Source: a bacterium (GTDB lineage Bacteria > Bacillota_I > Bacilli_A > RF39 > UBA660). Taken from it: DNA of 64,000 nt. The stretch is taken from positions 15,093-79,092 of the forward strand of contig JAHZBE010000008.1 of assembly GCA_019423565.1 (NCBI GenBank), written 5' to 3'. Within the stretch, counting starts at the first letter, position 1; each line of letters starts with the position of its first letter. A program made the translations under genes and the position numbers. This document shows, piece by piece, positions 39,122-47,675 of this stretch. The notes under the pieces were generated by a model that made no database searches, had not been told where the DNA came from, and saw only the letters and a list, made by a program, of their open reading frames with translations.

Positions 39122-39389
39122 AATTGATGTGAACCCCATTTAGTAGACATCAAATAAAAAACTTATGTAAAAAAATCAAGGGCGAACGAAGTGAGTTCAT
39201 CTAGACCCTTGATTTTTTAATTATGTAATTATAATATTTATTCAAATAAAGCTTGTCTTTATTTGTTATCTATTAATAAATTAACTAAATATTAAACATT
39301 TTCTGCATATTCAATAATGCCAGAGTCTGGCTCTCCCGTGTTTGGACATAATCTATTGTATAATTTCTAATTTATATATTAATTCATCT

Positions 39390-40166
39390 TTATTTATCAT
39401 TTTCCTTCTTAATTTTCTTTCCTTTAATTCTAGTCGTATTATAAAATTCAATCCATTCTTCAACTAATTGTATATATTCTTCTAAAGATGTGATATTATT
39501 GTTATACAAAGTTTCTTTCTTCAAAAGTGAGTGCCAACTCTCGATTGGAGAATCGTCAATTGGAGTACCTTTTCGGGCCATTGAAATTGTAATACCATTT
39601 GACTCACAGATAGCTTTGTATTCGTAAGATGTATACTGGAAACCTTGATCACTGTGAATGATAAGTCCAGATACATCTTTTCTTTTGAATATTGCTTCAT
39701 TTAATGTATCCATTACTAATTTATTATCATTACGTTTTGATATTTTATAAGCAACAACTTTTCTATCATATAGATCAATTATCGTTGATAGATAAGCTCT
39801 AGAACCTTTGAATATAAGATAAGTTACATCTGTATCCCATACCTTATTTGGTGCATCAGTAATAAAATTTCTATTTAATAAATTTGGTTTAACATTATCT
39901 TCAATTCTTTCATTTTTATTTTTCTTTTTTGACTTTCTAATATATTCAGCCATTAAATTATATTTTTTCATTATTCTTAAAACCTTCTTTCCATTCATTA
40001 CAACTCCATATTTGATTTTTAGGCCTTCCACAATTCTACGATAACCATATGTGCCTTTAGAATCATCAAATATCTCTTTAATTACTAAATAATCATAATA
40101 ATCAGAATCTTCCTTATTTCTATACTTATAATAAGTTTTAGGACTTATATTAAGTACAGCACACAT
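39390..40166 (-). CDS. IS3-family transposase OrfB (DDE integrase domain)
   Basis: WDTDVTYL, IHSDQGFQYTS, ESWHSLLKKE. The -1 frame is open upstream (VTFINLYRDNYKLYN) back to the orfA end. The C-terminus ends RIKGKKIKKENDK instead of the usual ...GLSPxxYR. Confidence 0.85.
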   Translation of the reverse strand: MCAVLNISPKTYYKYRNKEDSDYYDYLVIKEIFDDSKGTYGYRRIVEGLKIKYGVVMNGKKVLRIMKKYNLMAEYIRKSKKKNKNERIEDNVKPNLLNRNFITDAPNKVWDTDVTYLIFKGSRAYLSTIIDLYDRKVVAYKISKRNDNKLVMDTLNEAIFKRKDVSGLIIHSDQGFQYTSYEYKAICESNGITISMARKGTPIDDSPIESWHSLLKKETLYNNNITSLEEYIQLVEEWIEFYNTTRIKGKKIKKENDK

Positions 40167-40207
40167 ATTATATAACTTATAATTATCTCTATAAAGATTT
40201 ATAAAAG

Positions 40208-40507
40208 TTACTTTTTCTCTCGTTGTGCCTTGAGGAAGGCCTGGTATTTTTTTAATATTTCATATCTTTCTTTGTAGTCTTCTTTTGTTAAATCTTTTTC
40301 TTTGGGTCTACCACGCTTTTGACCATGACTCAGATACAATTCTGGATGATTTAATTTTGATGTCCAAGTTTTAATAGTACCTTCTGGAATATTATATCTT
40401 TCCGCTAATTCTTTAATATTTCTCTTTAATTTATATTCTTCTAATATAACCACCTTAATATTTGCACTATTGTCATAATTTTTAAATTTTTGTCCTTTTG
40501 AAGCCAT
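40208..40507 (-). CDS. IS3-family transposase OrfA (HTH)
   Basis: The ATG at 40507 follows AAAGGAGGTG. MASKGQKFKNYD...IKELAERYNIPEGTIKTWTSK...YQAFLKAQREKK. Ends at GAGAAAAAGTAA, the frameshift site. Confidence 0.85.
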   Translation of the reverse strand: MASKGQKFKNYDNSANIKVVILEEYKLKRNIKELAERYNIPEGTIKTWTSKLNHPELYLSHGQKRGRPKEKDLTKEDYKERYEILKKYQAFLKAQREKK

Positions 40508-40589
40508 AAGAAAACACCTCCTTTCGGAAGTGTATTCTATCATACCTAAGTTTTTTTATAAATGTCTACCCTAAAGGGTGCATTTCATA

Positions 40590-40616
40590 ATATAAGGTTT
40601 TTTATTTTTTGTACTC
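40590..40616. repeat. right arm of the 27-nt perfect palindrome split by the IS
   Basis: ATATAAGGTTTTTTATTTTTTGTACTC is the reverse complement of 39095..39121. Confidence 0.85.
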
Positions 40617-40725
40617 AAAAAATACTCTTAAATTATTTTATATGAATTATTATTAATGACAAAAATATTTTAAATGTTATAAAACTATGTTATAATTGTC
40701 TTAACTATTAATAGGAGGTTTAATT

Positions 40726-41751
40726 ATGAAGAAAAAGATTAGAGTTAATATGCTTTCTATGGCTGATTCAGTAGATGGACAGGGGGTTGGAAGTGCATAT
40801 TTAGAATTAATAAAATTATTAAAAGAAGATGGAAAAGATGATTTTGAAATTCAACTAAATAAAGGAATAAAAAATTGTGATATAATACATGCACATACTT
40901 TTGAACCAAGAAATTATATAAAATTAAAAATGGCAAAAGTTCCTACTGTTTCATATGTACATTGTTTACCAGAACATTTTGATGGGTCAATTAAGTTACC
41001 AAAACTTGCGTTTAAAATATTTAAAAAATATGTAATAAATTTTTATAAGAATGCAGATCATCTAGTTGTTGTCAATCCTATGTTTAAAAAGGACATGATA
41101 AAAGCAGGTTTAGATGAAGACAAAATTACTTATATTCCTAATTTTGTTTCAAAGGAAAAATTTTATAAAAAAAGTGCCAGTGAAATAAAAAAAATAAGAC
41201 AAAAATATGACTTAAATGAAGATGATTTTGTAGTGTTAGGAGCAGGACAAGTACAAAATAGAAAAGGTGTTGTTGATTTTGTTGAGGTAGCAAAGATGTT
41301 ACCAGATATTAAATTTATATGGGCTGGTGGTTTTTCATTTGGTGCGATAACAGACGGACATAAAAAACTAGAACAGATTATGAAAAATCCTCCAAAAAAT
41401 GTAAAATTTTTAGGAATAATACCAAGAGATGATATGAATGATTTATTTAATGCTGGAGATTTATTATTTGTTCCATCATATAATGAATTATTTCCAATGA
41501 CTATTTTGGAAGCTTGTTCTACAGATACGCCAATACTTCTAAGAAATCTAGAGTTATATGAAGATATTCTATTCAAAAAATATTTATGTGCGGATAACAA
41601 CAAAGAATTTGCAAAATTAATAAAATTATATAAAGATAATAAAAAAGTTTATAACGAACAAGTTGAAAATGCAAAATATATATCTAACTTTTATAGTAAA
41701 GGTAATATATATAAAATGTGGAAAGAATTTTATACAAGTATATTAAAATAA
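40726..41751 (+). CDS. GT4 glycosyltransferase, CpoA/alDGS-like glycolipid (diglycosyl-DAG) synthase
   Basis: N-terminus KIRVNMLSMADSVDGQGVGSAYLELIKLLKE...YVHCLPEHFDGSIKLPK resembles S. pneumoniae CpoA as I recall it. GT-B C-terminal motif LFVPSYNELFPMTILEA. Confidence 0.7.
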   Translation: MKKKIRVNMLSMADSVDGQGVGSAYLELIKLLKEDGKDDFEIQLNKGIKNCDIIHAHTFEPRNYIKLKMAKVPTVSYVHCLPEHFDGSIKLPKLAFKIFKKYVINFYKNADHLVVVNPMFKKDMIKAGLDEDKITYIPNFVSKEKFYKKSASEIKKIRQKYDLNEDDFVVLGAGQVQNRKGVVDFVEVAKMLPDIKFIWAGGFSFGAITDGHKKLEQIMKNPPKNVKFLGIIPRDDMNDLFNAGDLLFVPSYNELFPMTILEACSTDTPILLRNLELYEDILFKKYLCADNNKEFAKLIKLYKDNKKVYNEQVENAKYISNFYSKGNIYKMWKEFYTSILK

Positions 41752-41781
41752 ATTTACAACTAAAAAAATTATATGATTTTT

Positions 41782-41806
41782 ACAGACATATAGTCTGTTT
41801 TTTTTA
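41782..41806 (+). terminator. rho-independent terminator
   Basis: ACAGAC-ATATA-GTCTGT followed by T8. Confidence 0.7.
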
Positions 41807-41872
41807 TTTAAAAGGTTATAATTATTGCGAAAAGGCTAAAAATGGTGTAATATTAATATAGGTGATGTATAG

Positions 41873-42133
41873 ATGTTAAATAATGTTTTTATAATAGGTG
41901 CAATTGCAATTTTTATAGTAGTTTTAATTATAATTATTTTAGTTATTTCTAAAGGTAAAAAAAAGAATAGTGAACAAGAAGCTAGTATTTTAGATGTAAA
42001 CGAGGTAGGTGTACCAAATACATCAGAATTAAAAGATTTTTCATATGGATATGAAAAAGAAGAAACAATTGTTATGGAACCAGTTGTAGATGAAAAAAAT
42101 AAAACGGAGGAAAACAATGATAAAAATGAATAA
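41873..42133 (+). CDS. small single-pass membrane protein, 86 aa
   Basis: Track ORF. TM IIGAIAIFIVVLIIIILVI followed by an acidic tail. Confidence 0.45.
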   Translation: MLNNVFIIGAIAIFIVVLIIIILVISKGKKKNSEQEASILDVNEVGVPNTSELKDFSYGYEKEETIVMEPVVDEKNKTEENNDKNE

Positions 42134-42512
42134 TAAAGGTGTTATAACAAGAGGTATGGCTTTACTTGCACTTATAATATTATTTGTAATAGGTATTATA
42201 TTTATTTATATAGGAATATTAAAAAATAAAAGTGTAGATAATTATAAAAAGTTTGAAGATGAACTTGTAAATGCTGCACAAAATTATTATGAAATAAAAA
42301 ATATAAAGGTTGAAGAGGGTGAAGAAAAGAAAATTACACTTTCTACTTTAAAAAAAGCAAATTTAGTTTATAGTGATTACGCAAATAAATGTAAAGGTTA
42401 TGTAATAATTTCTAACGAAAGAGATTTTTCAAGTGATGAATATAAGATAGTTAGCACTGCATATGTTAAGTGTGGGAATAAATATATGTCCGCTAATTAT
42501 AGTGAATATTAA
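42117..42512 (+). CDS. N-terminally anchored protein with pilin-like globular module
   Basis: The ATG at 42117 follows ACGGAGGAAA. One TM, then FEDELVNAAQNYYE...CKGYVIISNE...AYVKCGNKY, a module shared with the next gene. Confidence 0.5.
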   Translation: MIKMNNKGVITRGMALLALIILFVIGIIFIYIGILKNKSVDNYKKFEDELVNAAQNYYEIKNIKVEEGEEKKITLSTLKKANLVYSDYANKCKGYVIISNERDFSSDEYKIVSTAYVKCGNKYMSANYSEY

Positions 42513-42531
42513 TTATATATAGGAGGACAAA

Positions 42532-43971
42532 ATGGAAGAAACAAAATGGCTAACAAAGGGCAAAATAATAATTATGTCAGTATTATTTGTTTTAATAATT
42601 AGTATAGTAATTGGTATTGTTATACATAGAAATGTTTTAAGAAAAGAATATAAAGAATATGAAGGACAATTAGTTTATGCTGCTTCAAATTATTTATTGA
42701 AAGAAAAAATAGTTTTATATGAAAATGAATGGAGAAAAATTAATGTAGATGACATTTTGAAACAAAAATTAATCTCAAATAAAAGAGCTTCAGATTGTAA
42801 AGGATATGTAATTGCAAATGCTGCTAAAGATAAAGTTACAGAATTAGAGGAAAATTTATCTAATAATGATGAAAATTCTTCAGAAAACACTTCGGAAGAA
42901 AATAAGAAAAGAGTAAGTAATAACATATCATATAAAGCATATGTGTCTTGTAAAAATGTTTATATAACAGATGGATATGGAACAACACCTGATAAAAACA
43001 AAGAAAATACAAATAAGACTCAAAGCCAAAAAGATACTGAAAAACCAACAATAACATTATTTGGAGAACAGGTTATAGAATTATATGTAGGTGATGAATA
43101 TAAGGAAGCAGGAGCATCAGCATATGATAACATTGATGGAGATTTGACAGAAAAAATAATTATTAGTGGTGATGTTGATACTACAAAAGAGGGTTCATAT
43201 ATTGTTACTTATAAAGTTAGTGATAAAGCGGGAAATACTGCCACTAAGAAAAGAAAAGTAAATGTTAGTCAAAAAGATGACGAAAATATAGATGATGATA
43301 ATGTTGATGAACCTGATAATTCAGATGATGAATCAGACGACGACTTTGATGATGATTTCACTGATGATTCTAGTGATGATGATTATAATACTGTTATTGA
43401 AACACCAAGCAATAGTAATAATGGAGCAGATCGTATTGCGCCAACAATAACATTTATAAATCCAAAAGCATATCAAACTATATGTACAGGCAATTCAGTT
43501 AACATAAGCAAAACTGGAGTATATGGATATATTGCAAGAGATAATATTGATGGTAATATTACATCAAAAGTAAGTATAACTGGTGATACGAGTGTAATTA
43601 ATAGTCCTGGAGAATATACAATTTATTACAGCGTATCAGATAGCTCTGGAAATAAAGTAACAAAATATAGAAAATTTTCAGCTAAGGCTTGTAGTGGATC
43701 AAATTCTGGAGCAACAACAATAATTGTTCCAACAGAAATAGTATTAACTCCAAATGCAAAAACATTAAATGTTTCTAAAACAGTTCAATTAAGTGTATCA
43801 TTTAAACCAGGAAATGTAACTGATAGGTCTATATCATATAGATCATCAAATTCATCTATTGCAACAGTTTCTGAAAGTGGCCTTGTAACTGCAAAAGCAA
43901 GGGGCCAAGCAGTAATAACAGCTCAGTCAACAAATGGTAAAACATCAACCTGTAGAATAATCGTTAATTAA
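42532..43971 (+). CDS. cell-surface protein: N-terminal anchor, pilin-like module, 2 x DUF5011/HYR-like Ig domains, C-terminal Big_2 domain
   Basis: YEGQLVYAASNYL...CKGYVIANAA...AYVSCKNVY. Two copies of ...GASAYDNIDGDLT...GSYIVTYKVSDKAGN... An Asp-rich linker. C-terminus LTPNAKTLNVSKTVQLSV...SSNSSIATVSESGLVTAKARGQAVITA. Confidence 0.65.
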   Translation: MEETKWLTKGKIIIMSVLFVLIISIVIGIVIHRNVLRKEYKEYEGQLVYAASNYLLKEKIVLYENEWRKINVDDILKQKLISNKRASDCKGYVIANAAKDKVTELEENLSNNDENSSENTSEENKKRVSNNISYKAYVSCKNVYITDGYGTTPDKNKENTNKTQSQKDTEKPTITLFGEQVIELYVGDEYKEAGASAYDNIDGDLTEKIIISGDVDTTKEGSYIVTYKVSDKAGNTATKKRKVNVSQKDDENIDDDNVDEPDNSDDESDDDFDDDFTDDSSDDDYNTVIETPSNSNNGADRIAPTITFINPKAYQTICTGNSVNISKTGVYGYIARDNIDGNITSKVSITGDTSVINSPGEYTIYYSVSDSSGNKVTKYRKFSAKACSGSNSGATTIIVPTEIVLTPNAKTLNVSKTVQLSVSFKPGNVTDRSISYRSSNSSIATVSESGLVTAKARGQAVITAQSTNGKTSTCRIIVN

Positions 43972-43973
43972 AG

Positions 43974-44021
43974 AGATTTTATTCCTTAATGCTTTATTGC
44001 TTAAGGATAAAATCTTTTTTT
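43974..44021 (+). terminator. rho-independent terminator
   Basis: AGATTTTAT(T)CCTTAA ... TTAAGGATAAAATCT, a long stem with one bulge, followed by T7. Confidence 0.75.
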
Positions 44022-44082
44022 GAATTATAAATAATTTACAACTTAACTTATGAATGTTATAATCTTTACAAGAGGGTAGAAA

Positions 44083-45243
44083 ATGAAAACAATAAAAGAT
44101 ATAGATATTAATAATAAAACAGTATTAATTAGATGTGATTTGAATGTACCAATAAAAAATGGTAATATAGAAGACGATAATAGGATAGTTAAAAGTTTAG
44201 AAACAATTGAGTATGCATTAAAGCATGCCAAACATGTAATAATAATGTCTCATTTAGGAAGAATAAAAAATGAAGAAGATAAAAAGAAAAATTCTTTAAA
44301 AATAGTTTGTGATAGACTATCAGATTTATTAGGTAAAAAAATATATTTTTGTACATATGATGAAGATATTAAAAATGTAGTTCAAAATAATAAAATTGTA
44401 ATGCTTGAAAATGTAAGATATTTTGATTTAGATGGTAAAAAGGAAAGTAACAATGATGAAGAACTTTCAAAATTCTATGCGTCACTTGCAGATGTTTATA
44501 TTAATGATGCATTTGGAGTATCTCATAGAAGAGCAGCATCTACTACTGGTGTTTCAAAATATTTAGAGAGTGCAGTTGGCTTTTTAGTAGAAGAAGAAAT
44601 TAATAAATTAAGTATTTTATTAAATAATCCAGAAAAACCTTTTTGTATTATATTGGGTGGCGCAAAAGTATCTGATAAAATTGGTATTATATCTAATTTA
44701 ATAGAAAAAGTAGATAATATTATAATAGTAGGGGCAATGGCATTTACATTCTTAAAAGCAAAAGGAATAAATGTTGGTAAATCACTTGTTGATGAAGAAA
44801 ATATTGAATATTCAAAGAATTTACTAAATAAATATTCAGATAAAATAATTTTACCTGTAGATGTGTATGTATCTGATAAGATTGATAGTAGTGATAAAGT
44901 TTTAAAAAATATTAATGAAATTGGTAATGATGATATAGCATTTGATATAGGACCTAAAACAATAGAAAATATAGATAATATTTTAAAACTAACTAAGACA
45001 GTATTTTTAAATGGTCCAGCAGGTGCATTTGAATATGATAATTTTTCATATGGTACAAAGGAAGTATTAAAGTCACTAAAAAATAGTAGTGCAAAAGTTA
45101 TAATAGGTGGTGGGGATTCTGCATCAGCCGCTATAAAGTTTGGGTATAAAAATTCTTTTTATCATATTTCAACAGGTGGAGGTGCATCTTTAGAATTTTT
45201 ATCTGGCAAAGATATGCCTGGATTTGAAAATATAGGAGAATAA
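44083..45243 (+). CDS. pgk: phosphoglycerate kinase
   Basis: 386 aa. VLIRCDLNVPIKNG..., SHLGR, and GGGDS near the C-terminus. Confidence 0.93.
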   Translation: MKTIKDIDINNKTVLIRCDLNVPIKNGNIEDDNRIVKSLETIEYALKHAKHVIIMSHLGRIKNEEDKKKNSLKIVCDRLSDLLGKKIYFCTYDEDIKNVVQNNKIVMLENVRYFDLDGKKESNNDEELSKFYASLADVYINDAFGVSHRRAASTTGVSKYLESAVGFLVEEEINKLSILLNNPEKPFCIILGGAKVSDKIGIISNLIEKVDNIIIVGAMAFTFLKAKGINVGKSLVDEENIEYSKNLLNKYSDKIILPVDVYVSDKIDSSDKVLKNINEIGNDDIAFDIGPKTIENIDNILKLTKTVFLNGPAGAFEYDNFSYGTKEVLKSLKNSSAKVIIGGGDSASAAIKFGYKNSFYHISTGGGASLEFLSGKDMPGFENIGE

Positions 45244-45244
45244 T

Positions 45245-46264
45245 ATGAAAAAATATAAAACTAATATAATAATATTAATATTAATTTCAGTACTTATAAT
45301 GTATTTAATTATGAAAGATGATTTTAAAGATATAATGAGTGCCCTTACAAATATAGATATAAAATTTTTATTTGTTGCATTTATACTTATGGGACTTTAT
45401 GTATTTTTTCAATCATTATCACTTCATTTATATTTAAAATCTATAAAAAAAGATTATAAAATAAAAGATACATTTATTCTTATGTGTTCGGCACAATTTT
45501 TTAATGCAATTACTCCTTTTTCATCAGGTGGACAGCCATTTCAAATATATTTATTAAAAAAGCAAGGTATTAAAGTTACTGATTCAGGCAATGCTCTTTT
45601 ACAGAATTTTTTTACATATCAACTTGCGCTTATTATAATGGGAACATTTGCAGTTATAACAAATAGTTTTCTTCATATAATTCCATCAACTAGTTTACTT
45701 AAGAATATTGTTTTAATTGGATATATAGTTAATATTATTGTACTTATTTTATTATTTTCATTAGGAAGAGCGAAAAATCTTAATACAAAAGTATTTAATA
45801 AAATATTTAATTTTATATTCGGATTTAAGTTTATTAAAAATAGAGAACACCTAAAAGAAGAAGCAACAAAAAAAATTGATGAATTTTATAATAGTAGTAT
45901 ATATTTTAAAGAAAATAAATTTATACTTGTAAAGTCAACATTTTATAACGTAATGGGTCTTACTATGTACTATTTAATACCTTTATTTATTTTTTATAGT
46001 ATAGGAAAGTTTAATACTGTAAGTGCACTTGATTCTATTGTTTGCGCAAGTTATACTTGTTTTGTTGGATCATTTGTACCAATACCAGGTGGTACAGGTG
46101 GACTAGAATATGCATTTTTAGAGTTTTTTAGAAGTTTCTCAGATGCATCAATTATAAGTGCGTGTATGATTTTATGGAGACTTTCAACATATTATTTACC
46201 AATGATATTAGGCGCTATTTCAATAGCGTTTGTAAAAAAAGGAAAAGAGGAAGAAGTAAAATGA
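45245..46264 (+). CDS. LPG-synthase-TM / UPF0104 flippase-like membrane protein
   Basis: Polytopic. Motif FFNAITPFSSGGQPFQIYLLKKQGI. Starts 1 nt after the pgk stop. Confidence 0.7.
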   Translation: MKKYKTNIIILILISVLIMYLIMKDDFKDIMSALTNIDIKFLFVAFILMGLYVFFQSLSLHLYLKSIKKDYKIKDTFILMCSAQFFNAITPFSSGGQPFQIYLLKKQGIKVTDSGNALLQNFFTYQLALIIMGTFAVITNSFLHIIPSTSLLKNIVLIGYIVNIIVLILLFSLGRAKNLNTKVFNKIFNFIFGFKFIKNREHLKEEATKKIDEFYNSSIYFKENKFILVKSTFYNVMGLTMYYLIPLFIFYSIGKFNTVSALDSIVCASYTCFVGSFVPIPGGTGGLEYAFLEFFRSFSDASIISACMILWRLSTYYLPMILGAISIAFVKKGKEEEVK

Positions 46265-47523
46265 GAGTAGGAATATTTACAGAATCATATCCTCCTTTAG
46301 TAAATGGAGTATCAACTAGTATATTAATGCTTGAACATGCTCTTACTAAACTTGGACATGAAGTATTTATAATAACAGTTAGCGATAATAAAAAGGATTA
46401 TGTTTTAGAAAATAATGGACATATATTAAGATTACCATCTGTAAATCTTGCAAATTGTTATGATTATAAAATGACTAGTGTTTATCCTATAAAAGCAGTC
46501 AATATGATTAAAAAAATGAATTTAGATGTAATACATTCGAATGTTGAATTTACTGTTGGAATATTCGCAAGAGTTGTATCTGAACAATTATCAATTCCTC
46601 TTGTTCATACTTATCATACAAATTGGGAGGATTATACACATTACATAACAAAAAATAAAAAGATACTAGATGATATATGTAAAAAATTATTAAAATATTT
46701 GATGGTATTTTTTGAAGATAAAACAGTAACAGAGTTAATTGTACCATCTAATAAAATATATAATCTTTTTAAAGATAAATATAAATTTACTAAAAATATA
46801 CATATTATACAAACAGGAATTGAAACAAGTAAGTTTTATAAAGAAAACTTTAATCAAAAAGATATTAATAGTTTAAAGAAAAAACTAGGTATAAAGAAAA
46901 AGGATTTTGTTGTAATGACCGTTTCTAGACTTGCAAAAGAAAAAAGTGTAGATAGAATTATAAATAATCATAAAGAGCTCGTTAAGAAATATTCAAATAT
47001 GAAGCTTTTAATTGTTGGTGATGGACCAGATATAGATAAATTAAAAGATGAAACAAAAAGCCTTGGTGTATCAGATAGTGTTATTTTTACAGGAAAAGTT
47101 CCATTAAGTGATATCCCAATATACTATCAATTAGGTAATGTATTTGTAACTGCATCTAAATCAGAAACACAAGGATTAACGGTTGTTGAGGCTATATCTT
47201 CATCACTTCCTGTTGTAGCAGTTAAGGATGATAGTTTTGTAAATAGTGTTATTGAAGACTTTAATGGATTTGTATTTACAGATGATGAAAAATATATTAA
47301 TTCAATATCTAAATTATATGAAGATAAAGATTTATATAATAGGCTTTCAAATCAATCTAGATTATTATCTGCAGATTTTTCATCAGAATATTTTGCATTA
47401 AAGGTTTTAAAAGTATATGAAACTGCGATTGAAAACTACAAAAAAGATAATAAAAAGATAATAAACAAGATAAAAAATAATATTGCGAGCAGAAAATACA
47501 AGAAAATATCAGAAAAAAACTGA
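46261..47523 (+). CDS. GT4 glycosyltransferase, alMGS-like 1,2-diacylglycerol 3-alpha-glucosyltransferase
   Basis: The track ORF starts at 46162, inside the upstream gene. The ATG at 46261 (ATGA overlap) gives MRVGIFTESYPPLVNGVSTSILMLEHALTKLGHEVFIIT, which is very alMGS-like. ETQGLTVVEA motif present. Confidence 0.8.
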   Translation: MRVGIFTESYPPLVNGVSTSILMLEHALTKLGHEVFIITVSDNKKDYVLENNGHILRLPSVNLANCYDYKMTSVYPIKAVNMIKKMNLDVIHSNVEFTVGIFARVVSEQLSIPLVHTYHTNWEDYTHYITKNKKILDDICKKLLKYLMVFFEDKTVTELIVPSNKIYNLFKDKYKFTKNIHIIQTGIETSKFYKENFNQKDINSLKKKLGIKKKDFVVMTVSRLAKEKSVDRIINNHKELVKKYSNMKLLIVGDGPDIDKLKDETKSLGVSDSVIFTGKVPLSDIPIYYQLGNVFVTASKSETQGLTVVEAISSSLPVVAVKDDSFVNSVIEDFNGFVFTDDEKYINSISKLYEDKDLYNRLSNQSRLLSADFSSEYFALKVLKVYETAIENYKKDNKKIINKIKNNIASRKYKKISEKN

Positions 47524-47566
47524 TATTTTTTATTAAAGTTTCTTATTAGTTAATCTTTTTTTAAAA

Positions 47567-47583
47567 TTCGACAAATTACGACA
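47567..47583. promoter_or_regulatory. two Spo0A-box-like elements upstream of spo0A
   Basis: TTCGACA (47567..47573, the exact complement of TGTCGAA) and TACGACA (47577..47583, 6/7), with a 10-bp centre-to-centre spacing. Confidence 0.55.
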
Positions 47584-47675
47584 AAATTAGATGAAAGAAG
47601 CTAATAAAATGTCTGGTATTTGAAAAAAATATGTTGTATAATGGAAAAGTACTAAATAGAGAGGAAAATAAAAAA

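Larger units (their letters stand above)
39125..40587 (-). mobile_element. IS3-family (IS150-like) insertion sequence, 1463 bp, transposase 3' end apparently decayed
   Basis: orfA and orfB in 0/-1 frames with an A5G slippery run. Imperfect ~45-bp terminal inverted repeats starting TGA...(TGATGTGAACCCCATTTAGTAGACAT / TGAAATGCACCCTTTAGGGTAGACAT). 4-bp direct repeat TAAT at 39121..39124 and 40588..40591. Confidence 0.8.

Noticed and set aside
39329-39351. Internal sequence TGGCTCTCCCGTGTTTGGACAT, which resembles the IS terminal repeats and could mark the true left end of a shorter (~1.26 kb) IS.
   Set aside because: Its similarity to the right IR is weaker than that of the 39125..39169 repeat, and no matching target duplication flanks it. 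In another frame it may be the decayed original C-terminus of OrfB (...SGIIEYAENV). I kept 39125 as the IS end.
46162-46260. N-terminal 33-codon extension of the alMGS-like glycosyltransferase in the ORF track (start at 46162).
   Set aside because: The extension lies entirely inside the upstream membrane-protein gene in another frame. The homologous N-terminus (MRVGIF...) begins at 46261 with an ATGA stop/start overlap.
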